Of a stretch of 64,000 nucleotides of DNA, positions 48,661 to 62,277 are shown piece after piece; position 1 is the first letter of the stretch; the number at the start of each line of letters is the position of its first letter. The notes beneath the pieces were generated by a model that did not search any database, was not told where the DNA came from, and saw nothing but the letters and a program-made list of their open reading frames with translations. The position numbers were made by a program, and so were the translations under genes. The DNA lies in the NCBI GenBank assembly GCA_964016885.1, contig OZ024741.1, positions 129,642,001 through 129,706,000 of the forward strand. The letters are read 5' to 3'. The stretch comes from Eledone cirrhosa (taxonomy: Eukaryota).

Positions 48661-49228
48661 TATATGATAAAAAGAACAGCATCAATAACAGGAACCCCCT
48701 TTACGATAATATAATAGACGGGACCTTTGGATGGTCCTACAATTTGGTAGAATAGGCAACAGCGTTAGTCTCAAACCAAACATGGTAGAAAACCCTCACA
48801 TAGTCAAGGCAGAGAGTCGGAACAAATAACACAATCTATTCTATCTGACATTCATATTTAGATATAAATGCAAGTGTACAACCGTGTACATATTCATATG
48901 TAAAGTCGTCATTCCGATTCTCGGACAGGGTTGTGCATTGTGTCCTTGAGCAAGACACTATATTTCACGTTGCTCCAGTCCACTAAGCTGCCAAAAAATG
49001 AGTTGTCCCTCTAGTATAAGGAGCCAGTCTTGTCACGAACTTTTTACACTTTGAATCTTCATGAGAATTACATTAAGTGTGCACGTGTCTGTGGAATTCT
49101 TAGTCACTTACACGTTAATTTTACGAGCAAGCAGTTCCGTTAATTGAATCAACTGTAGCACTGATCGTCGGAGACGACAAAAGGCCCCCATGCACGAATA
49201 TGCACAAATATATACGTACACACTCACA

Positions 49229-49296
<68 letters not shown>

Positions 49297-49738
49297 GGAC
49301 TTACTCCGGTTCTGACAACGACTGTTGCAGTTGTTCGAAGAACGGAACTTGCTCGTGAAATTAGCCTGTAAGTGGCTGAGCATTCCACAGACCTGCTGCT
49401 GACCAGTCAAGGAGAGAGGGGATTGCTAAGGTAAATACATTGTTCCCGCTAAACCTTAGTGGTTAGAGAATTGGTTTCGCAATCGTGAGGTTGCGAGTTC
49501 GATTCCTGGACCGGATGACGTTATGTTCTTGAGCAAAACATTTTATTTCACGATGCTCATTCTGTCAGGAGTTGCCTCCGGTAGATAGTATTAGCAATGG
49601 AAAGATAACAGAAACATTGTTTTCTTGGTCCGATTTGAGGAGTTGAGGAGTTCCACCCTAAACGGTAAGCGCATGAGGTCTGGGATCTTGTCAATTTATC
49701 GATTGTAACATAAAAAAAAAACACACAATAATATTATT

Positions 49739-49771
<33 letters not shown>

Positions 49772-49792
49772 TGAGCAAGTGTTGTAAATGAC

Positions 49793-49952
49793 CTTGGATA
49801 AAAGAGTGACTGGGTAAAATTCTCCTCGGCTCTGGATCGTACTATTATCGGAACTCCGTAGGGGAGCTGTGAACAGATATCTGTGGCCCCACCGAAGGTA
49901 GCTGACACTGTGGGGTACGCAATGTAACATCTTCCCTTGTACATAGTGCAAT
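49793..49952 (-). CDS. Exon 2, N-terminal half of C-type lectin domain
   Basis: ttctatctttAG acceptor; reads DCTMYKGRCYIAYPTVSATFGGATDICSQLPYGVPIIVRSRAEENFTQSLFYP (CTLD pattern C..CY....A...C......E..F). Donor AG|GTCATT, phase 1 to 2. Confidence 0.8.
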
Positions 49953-50062
49953 CTAAAGATAGAAGAAACGTATATATATATATATATACAGAAAAAAAGA
50001 TGAAATCGAAAATGCAACTGGAGTCTTATTTAAAAAAATATATATATATATTTATTTGGTTC

Positions 50063-50098
50063 CTTTACCGGTTTCGCAGTTCTTCTGCTTTTCAAAAG
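50063..50098 (-). ncRNA. Hammerhead variant with U3-A8 core
   Basis: Minus strand reads ctt-TTGAAAA-gcag aagaa ctgc-GAAA-ccgg-TA-aag. A related copy at 18089-18124 (+) has a non-cleavable UG. Confidence 0.6.
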
Positions 50099-50941
50099 TA
50101 GAGTTGAGATGGAGGGTCTGTGGTTTTTCTTACATCTGGTTGAACCAATCAAATTACATTTATTTAAAAAAAGCCTTCGTGAGCCACTTTTTTTTAAGTA
50201 AAAAGAAATTCAAACAAACTGACGCGAAAGCTGATTTGCTTATTCGCGTGACTTCATTCATATATGAAAAAACAACCTACCATATTCACTGAACCAGAAC
50301 AATTCCCCCCATCCCATCTCTCTTAACCATTATCCTTTGTTTGTCATAACATTCTCTAAAAGGCTACAAAATAAATTCCCAAATGCGGGCGCGAAATTTA
50401 ATGAACTTGTTCACGTGACAGCCATAATTTCATTTATAACCAATCAAATAACATTTCTTAAAAAACGCCTTTATGAGCCCCTTTTTTTAAGTAAAAAGAA
50501 ATTCAAACAAACTGGCGCGAAAGCTGATGTGCTTATTCACGTGAGTGCATCAACCAAATTTCACTCATATATGAAAAAACAACCTGAGCCCCCCCCCCCC
50601 CCTCCCTTGTTTGAAGAACTTTGTAACGCGAACTGGCGCGAAATTTATTATACGTATTGACCAAACAATCAAATTACTTCTCTAAAAACTTGGCGTTTCG
50701 AGCCACTTTTTTTCCATATAAAACAAGTAACATTCTAAGACCAACCAGATGTGAGAAAAACCACAGACCCTCCATCTCAACTCTACTTTTGAAAACCGGT
50801 AAAGGAACCAAATAAATATATATATATTTTTTTAAAATAAGACTCCAGTTGCATTTTCGATTTCATCTTTTTTTCTTTATACTTTCACTCGTGTAGGACA
50901 CCTCGGTTATTTTTCATTTTGTACAAAAACCTCACTTTCTA

Positions 50942-50977
<36 letters not shown>

Positions 50978-50983
50978 TTTTTT

Positions 50984-51062
<79 letters not shown>

Positions 51063-51241
51063 ATACACACACACATATATATATTGAAAATTAATCTAGA
51101 GTTAGAAAATTCAACGTCCGTATTCTTTTCACAATGATAAATATACATACACGTTAGGATTACACACAAACACACATACACACATACACGCACACACGCA
51201 CACACACACACACGCACGCACACACACACGCACACATGCAC

Positions 51242-51338
<97 letters not shown>

Positions 51339-51391
51339 ACAGAGGGAGGGAAAGAAAGAGGGACAGAGACGCAGAGAGATTGCTACTTTAC

Positions 51392-51461
51392 CATCAGATG
51401 TCCAATATCCAAACGCAGATACATCCAACAGTAGCAAGATTATAGATACCAGGTACTCCAT
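51392..51461 (-). CDS. Exon 1 (signal peptide) of a secreted C-type lectin/PAN-domain protein
   Basis: ATG at 51461 gives MEYLVSIILLLLDVSAFGYWTSD, with a hydrophobic core and VSA-type cleavage site. Ends at G|GTAAAG donor, phase 1, matching the next exon. Confidence 0.75.
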
Positions 51462-52254
51462 TTCTACAGGTTGTTGTCGACGTTACCGTTGTTGTAGTTG
51501 TTGATGGTTGATGCTGTATGAAAGATATAAGTTTAATTCCACTGAGTTATTCAACAACCAACAAATAGAAAAAGCTATTTCCATATATTACTTTGATTGA
51601 TTAAAATATCGATAGCTAATAAATAAATAAATAGATAAATAAATAAAAGAAATATATATATATGAACATTAACAACTGAAGCTTCAGCTCTGGAAGGGTT
51701 ATGCTCACAGTTTTCATGAAGTCATCAGTAGTTGACCATGCAAATTCTATCAGCGTTTACAACTCTCAAAAGCTGATTATGTTAATGACCTGAAGTCGAA
51801 TGAAAGAATAACCACTCGCAACACCACTCAACAAAAACCTGGCGAAACAACTTGCGTCATATGCAACAAAGAGTGTAGAACTAGTTCCGGACTAAAAAAC
51901 AAAACAATAAAAAAACACATGCTGGTGCATAAAGAGTGTGTCACACATGATGAAACCATCGATCCTGTGGGAAACACAGCTCTCTTCTATTGCCTATGTC
52001 GTAAACCATGTAGATCTACAAAGTTATGGATGAGGACGGGATGACAATGAAGAATCAATAAGAGACGGCAAAGCGTCTGTGAAGACGCTGCAATCCTCAT
52101 AATTATATATATATGCATGTACGCATGTATACGCGGGAGATGGAAATACTCGGTTTGGTGCCCGAGCGCGCGATTGGTTTGCCGGGAGTGCGAGACCTCC
52201 AGTGATGTTGACCTGTTCTTCTTTTTAGATACCTGTCATCGTTGTTGTATAGCT

Positions 52255-53370
52255 TACTAGCAGTGTATCCCGGCGTTGTACGGGTAAGAACATTGGTAAT
52301 AGCACCTCCAATGAGAAACGTTTATTTGTGAGTGCCTGTTAAAAGCTCACGAAAATATACTGACAGGAAACTTGCATTGTTCATAGAAATATTGTTGAAC
52401 CCCTTCTTTTCATACTCCTCTGTTTTAACCTATTGGAGTAAATGTGAAAGAGAAAGTCAGGTTAAGTTGGCAGAAGGTTCCAGTGTCATAGCAGTAAGGC
52501 GTAGGATACTTACCTCAAAAGTTCATTCGCACTCTTTCCACTAAGTTACTCTTTCTCTCTATCCCTGTTGGTGCAGTCCCTTGCGAATTTCTCGCGTAGG
52601 CCTGGTGTAGATTTGCACCCGATCCATCTGCCCGATGTACATGTCCGCTTTGTACGGCTTTTGGAGGAAAGAGTGACCAACAGTTCGTTGTTCGGCATTA
52701 TTACGAAAAGGTGTAGCGTGAACTAACAGCTCGGGAGGAAACTGCTTACCTCGAAGATTCATTCGCCATCGTTCTTGTCAACGCTCCGTTTAGTTGGTAT
52801 TTGTTGGTCTACAGTTAGATGAATGGTGCACAAAGGGTTAATGTTTATTGGCAAGAAGTGGCAACTGGGCTGGCTTGCCTCGCTTATATTATATATTAAA
52901 ATAACAGATTAAAGTTTAAGCAAATAATCACTGCTTTCACCCTTAACGGGATCTTCTGAAACTAAAAAAATCAATCTGTGAACGCAGAAGTAAATATTTA
53001 GAAAAACGTTGCAACCGAAGGAACACAGGTAGATAATACTTTGGTTCGTGAAGACGTTCCCTGGCAATGAATGGAAAACAGCGAACGTAATACGTCACCA
53101 ATGACGTGTTTGTAATAATGTCTTAATGCAGACAACCAGACATACAGACTGGTATTATAAGGGCTCGACGGAGATCGATAACCGGCGCCTATCACCCCTT
53201 TAACAACGGAAAATTGAAAAATAAAAGCTGCAGTTAATATCTTTAGACCGCAAGGAATATATAAATGCAAGTTTGAAGTCAATCGGAGTAGAAATGTGGA
53301 TTTGTATAGACTTTGCAAAAATGAAGACACGCACACAGACAATAACAGTTTTATATATATATGTATAGAT
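52255..53370 (+). mobile_element. Possible non-autonomous Helitron/Helentron-like element (composite)
   Basis: 5' actagcagtgtatcccggcgttgtacggg hairpin; 3' aagtttgaagtcaatcggagtagaaatgtggatt...ttttatatata..tagat. Both resemble ends of such elements. Confidence 0.4.
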
Positions 53371-53801
53371 AATTATTATACAACAAAGTTGGAACAATAT
53401 CTACGTGCAAACGTATTGATTCAGCAATTAATATTATTAACATCAAAAAGTCACACAAACAAAAAAATCATCGATTCTCATATCATGCAATGGCCATAGT
53501 TTTTATTATCTAACATCATATTATCTAACAATATCCAAATAGGAGAGGACAAAACATATATGTATATATGTATATATAAATATATATATTCATATATATA
53601 TATATATAATAGAATATAAAAGAAAAACGAACACAGATATATACATATATGTGCTCAAATTACGATTTGAACACATATATGTATATATCTGTGTTCGTTT
53701 CTCTTTTATATTCTATTATAATATACGGCTCGGAAATATCTCTTTTTTAGAGCTATTTGGTTGTAAGAGACTATTTTGAGTTCCTAACTCAATATATATA
53801 C

Positions 53802-53881
<80 letters not shown>

Positions 53882-53908
53882 TGGCTACACAACAGTTAGT
53901 TCACCATA

Positions 53909-53948
53909 CCGAGAACAATTGTTTCACCTTAGCGGATCCTCAGCTCGG
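53909..53948 (-). ncRNA. Type I hammerhead ribozyme
   Basis: Minus strand reads ccgag-CTGAGGA-tccgctaaggt-GAAA-caattg-TT-ctcgg. Confidence 0.8.
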
Positions 53949-54076
53949 AATGGATTCGCTAAGGTGAAACAATTGTTCTCGGTATGGTGAACTAACTGTT
54001 GTGTAACCACTTCTACCTAACTCGTCCCATGAACTGAGTGCTCTACCACTACGGATATTACCTTCCAGTGTTCCAC

Positions 54077-54156
<80 letters not shown>

Positions 54157-54197
54157 GGTTTACGAAAGTCACTGGTATTATTTCAGCGATCTCAGGG

Positions 54198-54275
<78 letters not shown>

Positions 54276-54295
54276 AATGTTTCTGGGTGAACAGT

Positions 54296-54345
54296 GAGCT
54301 GTACTGATGAAGCGTGATGCCCAGAAACATTAGTGTCTGCAGTTC
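54296..54345 (+). ncRNA. Type I hammerhead ribozyme, same family as 16354
   Basis: gagctgta-CTGATGA-agcgtgatgccca-GAAA-cattagtg-TC-tgcagttc. Confidence 0.75.
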
Positions 54346-54412
54346 TGTTTACATGCCAACATAAGAGCAAGAATGAAGGGTTCATTCTACTGACATGGCT
54401 TTAAAAATGAGG

Positions 54413-54413
<1 letters not shown>

Positions 54414-54469
<56 letters not shown>

Positions 54470-54514
54470 ACCTTCGATTTCTTTTGGTCTGATCCCTTTC
54501 AATTTTTTTAACCA

Positions 54515-54579
<65 letters not shown>

Positions 54580-54640
54580 ACCTTCAATTTCTTTTGATCT
54601 GATACTCTTTTGATCTGATTCCTTTCAATTTTTTAAACCA

Positions 54641-54711
<71 letters not shown>

Positions 54712-54716
54712 GTACT
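54414..54716. repeat. (TAC)n arrays in a ~110-bp tandemly repeated unit
   Basis: (tac)n-taaccttc.atttctttt..ctgat..ctttcaattttt..accatac is repeated. Confidence 0.85.
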
Positions 54717-54819
54717 ACGCTCTTGAAAGGCTTGCTGAATACACAAGCCGAAATCGCTTATTGCCGTGGTCGGTCGGAATTTGACATCCCCCCTCTTTCT
54801 GTCTCTCTCTCTCTCTCTC

Positions 54820-54882
<63 letters not shown>

Positions 54883-55224
54883 CTCTCTCCTTATATGCAC
54901 ATACACACACACACACTCACATATATATGTATGTATATATAGTTTATTTAAAGTTGATTTATATTGTATTTTTTATTTTTATTTTTACCCATTTTGTATT
55001 ATTTTTTCATTATTCCCAACTATTATATTATGCTTTGTAGCATAAAGTTACGGTCCTTTACGATCTGAGTTCCAATCCTGCCGAGGTTAACTTTGCCTTT
55101 CATCCTTACGGGGTCGATAAATTAAAGCACCAGTAACGTACTGAGGTCGATTTAATCAACTTTCCTCTCCCCCCAAATCACTGGCTTTGTGCCTATACTA
55201 GAAATCATTATATTAAAAGTACAA

Positions 55225-55420
55225 AAGGGCGGTGGATTGGCAGTATCAGTAGAGGGTCGGACGCCATGCTTTCCAGCATAGTTACGTCTCTTTACGATCT
55301 GAGTTCAAATCCCGCCGAGGTTGACTTTGCCTTTCATCCTTACGGGGTCGATAAAATAAAGTACCAGTAATGCACTGGGTAATTGCTGGCCTTGTGCCTA
55401 AAGTAGAGACAATTATATTA
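55225..55420 (+). mobile_element. tRNA-derived SINE (octopus OR1/Meta-domain-like)
   Basis: gagttcaaatcccgccgaggttgactttgcctttcatccttacggggtcgataaaataaagtaccag. Copies at 55045-55215 and 57900-58070. Confidence 0.75.
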
Positions 55421-56494
55421 AAAGTACAGTAATACACTGGGATAATTGCTGGCCTTGTGCCAAAAAGTAGAAACAATTATATTAAATTATAACTCCTCTT
55501 CTTAATCCTATATACCCTCTTTCTTAGTTTATAGCGGATTATTTTATTTCCTTCTTTAACTATCCTATCTTTTCACTTTAAGTTTATATTCATCTTAACC
55601 CACTCATCTAAACTATAATAAAGGAAGATCTGCGGGACTGCGTACGGTTTATTTATTTTTTACCCCGTTAGTAAAATAAGTTGGATTACTTTGAATAAAT
55701 AATGAATGAATATTACATAATTTATCTACTAAATTTAGTGAACAAAAATAATTTCGTAAAAATAAATAATTTAAAATTGACTTCTTTACAAAGTTGCACT
55801 TCCGGTATATCGTTGCCACCACCACCACCACTTCAACTACCATATATATAGAAAGAGAGAGCGTGTGATGTCAACACTTCCAGTGGCGATCACTTAAATA
55901 AACATACTAATTTTCTCCTAATGCAGTTTATATATAATATCGTCTTTTTTAAATGTATCATGGATTACGTTACTGATTACATAAGACAGTGTAACAACGT
56001 CTTCGTTCAATTTCTGTTTATATTGTCAATTACGATTTTATTTGATGTATCATATCTACATGTATATATAATTGCGTATAATATCAATATACACACTACA
56101 CATGCTAGCAGAAAACCACCCGACTAATTTTATACTTTTTGACCATATTCTTTATAAACCCTTTCTGTTTAATTATTTTAAATTTAATTTCTATCTATAT
56201 TATTTTTTTATTTTTGTTTTTTATTTTTATAATTAGTATTCCTATTGCCGTATCTCTTTTTGCCTTAGCATAACGTATTAACATCTGTTTTCTTTTCATC
56301 TTTTTAGTATTTCCTTTTCTTCTTCACTCTATTTCTTCACACCTATGTATGGCCCTCAACCTAGACCTTCCCTCCTCTAATTAACCACCCGATATTAACC
56401 CTCTTGATTAATTTTGCACGCTATTTCTTTTCACACCTATATCCATTTTTTAAATTCTGCCGTTCTTCTTGGTTGTCCATCGTAAACGATGATG

Positions 56495-57195
56495 ACATCT
56501 TCTTTATTGTTGTTCCCGTCTGCCGTGGGCACAAAGGTGGCTGTGGAGGCCGTTCCTTGACTTGCAGGTCCAGGGACAGTGGGGACAGAGGAAGAGACCG
56601 GAGTCAGACTGGCAACTCCCAGAGGTTACCCGCACCTGTTACCTCCACCTCTCGCCCATCGCCGCAGGGCTTTGGGAGTGCACGCTAAAGAAGAAACCTG
56701 TGCGGAGAAGGTTTATAGTGGGAGGGCCAGTGCACAGTGACGGTCCCACTCACTCGGCCGCAGAAGCCAGAATCAGATGGTACGGAGGACCGTCACGACC
56801 AGGGACTTCCTTGGCTGCAGTGGATGGCCACGACGTCTGTAGTGCATTGCCGTGCCCTACCGCTCCACACCGCTTGCTGTCACCGCCTTTGTGACCGTGG
56901 GGACGATGTTGTCCTCCTCCACTCACTCCGCCGGGTCCAGTCTTCGCATGCAGAGGCAGGCATCCCCTATCTAACTCACCGGGGGGTTTCAGACCCGTCC
57001 GGCTACCCTCAACCTGGTTCGGCCCGCCAGCCAAGGCGGTTTACCGGAGTGTGGCCGCTGTCGCATGCTACAGCTTTTTGGGGCCACAGGTGAGAGCTGA
57101 GTGTCAGGTGGGACCCAATGCAGGACAAACTGTCCTGAAAAGGGCATGGCTAGCTCTCCCTACAGAAGTACATGCCCCTCCCTGACACCCCAGGC
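56495..57195 (-). mobile_element. GC-rich RTE-related non-autonomous element (5' UTR-like + short 3' tail)
   Basis: GC-rich island. Minus strand has ...cagctctcacctgtggcc...gcatgcgacagcggccacac, which resembles RTE 5' UTRs from memory, and ends with ggcagacgggaacaacaataaagaaga. Confidence 0.5.
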
Positions 57196-57249
57196 ATATA
57201 CACACGCATATACATACACATACGTACATGTGTATATACATATTTACAC

Positions 57250-57447
57250 AATTTTGGATGGCCGTTGACTCTTATGAGTTCTTCCGCCCTTTGTCAGGTT
57301 TTGTTTTTTGTTCTGCAGGGTGTCCAAAATCACCCTCCTCACCAAGTAAACTTGGTGGGGTTGCCAGTTTAATCGCCGACGACCCGACAATGCGACAGGT
57401 TGTACTGGTTTACATGTTACCAGTAGCACTCAAGAGTGACCTGACAT
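57250..57447. repeat. Dispersed ~200-bp family C
   Basis: ggatggccgttgac...caccctcctcaccaag...gttaccagtagcactc. Copies at 13775-13955, 21876-22032, 35060-35252 (inverted) and 36550-36712 (inverted). Confidence 0.75.
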
Positions 57448-58204
57448 AAAATTCTGCCGTTAAGTATAATACTAACACATATCTTCCCTTTTTTTAATAT
57501 TTCGTTAGTATTTCAGCATTACATTCTTTAAACGGTTAACTTCGTTGAATATAAAATGTATTATAATTCTGTTTCGATCCTTCATATGTCGACTGGTATG
57601 CTTCGCTTTTTACATTTAAAATTGTCCCTATCTTCAGTGACATGTATTTTTGAATTTTATATTTATTTTCTTTTTAGATCTGAAGATGAGATCATATCTT
57701 TGTTTAGTTATATCATCATTTGCTCTAATCGAGTATATAATTGATAATTTTCATCTCTATGAGCTGGATTCTGATATTATTTCTGAAACAATTGTAAGCC
57801 ATTAAATATATTTGTTCAAGAATTTGTTATTGTTTTCTCTAACATGTAATTTCTATATTAATGCTCTGATTATGCACTTTTTGCTTGACATTATTTATCG
57901 GTAGAGGGTCGGACGCCATGCTTTGACGCATAGAGTTACGGCTTTTTCCATTCTGAGTTCAAATCCCGCCGAGGTTAACTTTGCCTTTCATCCTTACGGG
58001 GTCGATAAAATAAAGTACCAGTAATGCACTGGGTAATTGCTGGCCTTGTGCCAAAAGTAGAAACAATTATTTCTCTTGCGCTTACTTTCATTGTTCGCTT
58101 GTCTTGCATCTTACATGCATTGAGTACACTGTCCCCTTCACTACTGGTGCATAATACTCACAACTAATCTCCTATCTCTCCCCCTTGATTAGTTTGTACG
58201 CATA

Positions 58205-58274
<70 letters not shown>

Positions 58275-58289
58275 CTCTCTAAATATATA

Positions 58290-59520
58290 TACATGTACAT
58301 TGGTCATAGGTTGTGGAAAAATCACGGAGGCAGAGATGTGGATACTCAATTTTTCATATATTTATAATCCTAACACATGTTTCGATGGAGCAAAAAAAAA
58401 AATTTAGCCTACGAAGTCTTAGTTGTATAATGGATCATTTCATACTTTGTTGGAGCTATTGTTGATTCATTTCTTCAGAGAAAATAATAATTATTATCTG
58501 TATTAAGTAGTATTAGTGGAAGTTATCCAATTGGTGGTTGAGAATTGGTGGGATTGTCTAGGTACTGAAAGTAATCTAATCTATTCGTTCATTTTACTTA
58601 ATTTTTATGGAATAGCTTTGGGTATTCATCTATAACATTAGTAATAGTAGTAATAGATAAATTATAAAGAATAGATAATATGGTAATAAGTATATTTCAA
58701 TGATAAGAAAGAGGAAATAATCTTCTAGTTGTTAAATCATTGGTTCCATCTGTGTTCAAACCATTCGTAGGCGACATGCATTCTATGTGGGACTGCATAA
58801 GTTCAACCGGCTTATCGCGTGAGTCTATATGTGATTCGTTAATAGTGCTTTATTCAAGATAACCTATTTTCTAATAAATGGCGGTGGGGGTTTATTGTTG
58901 TGATCCTTGTAAGGGTAATAGATACTAACAGATATTTATGATATATTATAGGTTGCTTCGATGCCACTTTAATTATAATAGTTGTACTTGGGGAGATCAT
59001 AGGTTCCAATTCTGTAGATGGGATTTCTCTAAAAAAATTTAAAATTTATATGCTATTATTATTTCATATGTATTATTACAACTACATCAGTGTAGTGATT
59101 CTTTTGTGTATTCTGTTTAGAGAGTTATTCTTCTTTATTTAAGCATTCTGAGTCCATATGTGTTGCTAGGAAATAGATCGGGTTTATTTTTAGCGAATGC
59201 GTTTTGAAGATCAACGGTCTAGTTTAATGGTGGAGAGGGGGAGTTGCTTGGGTTGTAGAATTTAGTTCATTACATGATAGATGCACTGTACCTAGAAATT
59301 GTTTAAGTGACTTGTGTGGGTAATTAAAATTCGCATCATGGCTCGAGTTTATTGAGTCATTCTATGTCATAATTTCCAGTACTTCAATTGAGCAGAGGTC
59401 GCATTCACGTCGTTCAATCTGGCAGGTTTTGGCGGATCGTACGGTGGAACAGGAAAAGTTGTAGTTAATGTTGCTCTGCTTCAACTACAAGATTCGGTCG
59501 ATTTCTGCATATTTGTGTTT
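58290..59520 (-). pseudogene. Old PLE 3' fragment
   Basis: Minus strand near 59500-59330 gives LKQSNINYNFSCSTVRSAKTCQIERRECDLCSIEVLEI, matching the C-terminus of the other PLE ORFs. Separated CTGAAGA and GAAACATG motifs lie near 58480-58375. Confidence 0.5.
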
Positions 59521-59558
59521 TTAAATAAGTGTATGTGCACATATAGACGTTTCTGAAG

Positions 59559-59627
<69 letters not shown>

Positions 59628-59630
<3 letters not shown>

Positions 59631-60098
59631 AATAGAATGAAATGAAATTTCATTTCTCACTCTTAGTACGGCACTTACTTAAATGTAAGTATGTATGTAC
59701 GTATACGTACATACATATATGTATACAGACGTACAGTAGTATGTATATATATACACACATACACACATATATATATATGCACGTATCGGTTTACCGAACA
59801 TTTATTATAATGCTCGGTTTGTTTGTTTGTAAACAAACAAACAGCCCGAATTACGCCGTACAGTGTTTAGGCAACCACGTGACCTTTTTGTTCAACACTG
59901 ACACAGGAACGATGTACTAGTTTCAAGCTTATTAGCTATCGTCAGCATCGTATACCTTCCTGCCAGATGGTTGAACGTCTGAAAGTATATACTTTCCTTA
60001 TGCATATTAACGGCTGAGCAGCCTAATTTGCATATCGAGTGTGTTCAGTCGGCCGGGCACACCGAAAACGATAAATGGAATAGAATGAAACGAAATTT
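59628..60098 (-). mobile_element. Retrozyme-like 448-bp unit with 23-bp terminal direct repeats
   Basis: tggaatagaatgaaa(t/c)gaaattt at 59628 and 60076; HHR at 59909-59951; (TA)n on both sides. Confidence 0.7.
59909..59951 (-). ncRNA. Type I hammerhead ribozyme
   Basis: Minus strand reads acgatg-CTGACGA-t agct aata agct t-GAAA-ctag-TA-catcgt. Confidence 0.88.
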
Positions 60099-60100
60099 AT

Positions 60101-60146
<46 letters not shown>

Positions 60147-60499
60147 TAATATTAGTTATTAATAGTTAATACTTACTTAAAAGTAAAGAGTCATTATTAT
60201 AAGTTAAATCATTCTATAAAAATACAATTAGTCACGTGTAGAAAACAAATTGAGAAGAATCTGGAGATAAACTATTAAATTTCAATCCAACATTATAACA
60301 ACCAGATTTGTCAATGTTTAAACCGTATCAGGCACAGAATATGGTTGAAAATCAAAGACTTTATTGGTTTTGAACAGTTTATATACGCTTAAACTATATT
60401 TTATCAAGAACAGGTCGTAGAGAATCACGTCCATGTTTTTGTGGAAACTAATCAAAAACGTATGTAATTATTTTTCTGACCCCCCCCCCCCCCCGCAAA

Positions 60500-61930
60500 A
60501 AAAATATCAAGATTGGAGTGAAATATACTGTCAAGGATAAAGTACGTAAAACACTGAATAAAATGAAACGTGGCAAGGCATTGGGTCTAGACGAAATAAC
60601 AACAGAGTTACTGGAGGCCCTAAGCGAAACAGGAATTTCTGAACTTACGAAACTGTTTAACATCATATATGACAGTAGAGTAATCCCCCAGAACATGAAA
60701 AAATCAGTCTATATCACCCCAACAAAGAAGCCCGGGACCACGGAGTGTGACCAACACAGATCATATAGTCTTATGAGTCTCATAAAAATTCTCCTCCACA
60801 TTCTCATGACCAGAATGAGAAACAAAATTCACCCAGAAATATCAGACACCCAATTCTGATTTGTTCTGGACAAGAGCACTAGAAATGCAATCTTCACCCT
60901 ATCCATGGTATTAGAAAGATCTATCGAAGTTCCAAAAGACATTTTCTTATGCTTCATAGACTATCTAAAAGCGTCCGACAAGGTGAAGCATGATGATCTG
61001 TTCAGCATACTCCAAGAATTAGACATAGATTGCAAATACTTGGAAATCCTTCGAAATTTGTATTAGGAACAAGAAGCTGCTTTAAGAATAGATGGTGAGA
61101 TTAGCGATTTCAAAATGCTTTCACCTGATATTTTTTATTTATACAGTGAACCAATTTTGTGTAACATCGAAGGTCTAGATAGAGTTAAAATTGGAAACAT
61201 CAACAACCTAAAGTACGCCGACAAAACCATCCTGATAGCCGACCGAGAACAAGGGCTTCAGTCTCTCCTTGACACAGTGGCAACCAGCAGCGAAACAAAA
61301 GGACTCACACTAAAGGCAAAGAAAACAGAATGCTTGGTGCTCTCCAGAAAGACTTAGATATCAACATGCAACATCAAATATAGGTATAAGTATACTGCTT
61401 TAAATACCTTGGATATAGCTTGACATCAGAGAAATAAAGAAACGAATTACCTTGTCAAAAGATGCTTTTAACAAAATAAAACCCATACTTACAAACACAA
61501 ACATCAATATATACACAAAAATACATATCCTGAAAACATGCTGGTCGATAAGTAATAAAACGGCAAAGAAACTGGACGCCGCTGAAATATGGTTCGCTCG
61601 GAGAATATTCAAAATATTTTGAACGGAAAAGAAACCCAACGATAACGTCCTAAGACTAACAAGCATGGAAAGATCTCTTATCCGTACTATTAGAATGAAG
61701 CAATTGGAATTCTTTGGCCATTTAAATAGACGAGACGGTTTAGGGAAGTTGATTCTTTGTAGCAACATCGCTGGAATGAGAAAACAAGGAAGATATTAGA
61801 GACAATGAAAATATGACGAAAATAGGACGAGAAAGAGCGACCTCATCCAGAACATTGACCACAGGAAAGATTGGAGAAGCATGATCGCCGTTTCCTGGAA
61901 CAGACCAGGAACTTGATGATGACGATTCGA
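60500..61930 (+). pseudogene. Decayed RTE-clade LINE reverse transcriptase
   Basis: KMKRGKALGLDEITTELL, ECDQHRSYSLMS, FIDY.KA.DKV, LSPDIFYLYSE, INNLKYADKTILIA, KKTE; (GAT)n-like tail; many stops. Confidence 0.85.
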
Positions 61931-62213
61931 CTAAAGATCCAACAACCATAAATAAGGTCTTCCAATACATTGAAGCTATATAGATGTTTTATTGATGTCC
62001 TAACACACCTATTTCTTATTTTTGCTTCGCTTGTCATTTATTTCTATCTCCTGTCTTTATTAATTATAAAGAGAATTAGATACCTTTGTTAGTTTGGTCT
62101 TACTAGGTCAACGTAGACGTTTACATTGATTGAATTAATAAATACCAAATATTTTTATCGACACTATACACACGGTGTGTTTTGTGTATCTCTAACGCAA
62201 ATTCATGAAACAA

Positions 62214-62277
<64 letters not shown>

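Noticed and set aside
52559-52762. LRGKQFP resembling a Helitron/Pif1 helicase motif
   Set aside because: Single short match; the downstream TINKSQG motif is absent.
57675-57800. CTGAAGA ... GAAACAATTGTA hammerhead
   Set aside because: The core halves are ~100 nt apart and stems I and II are unconvincing; probably a decayed PLE end.
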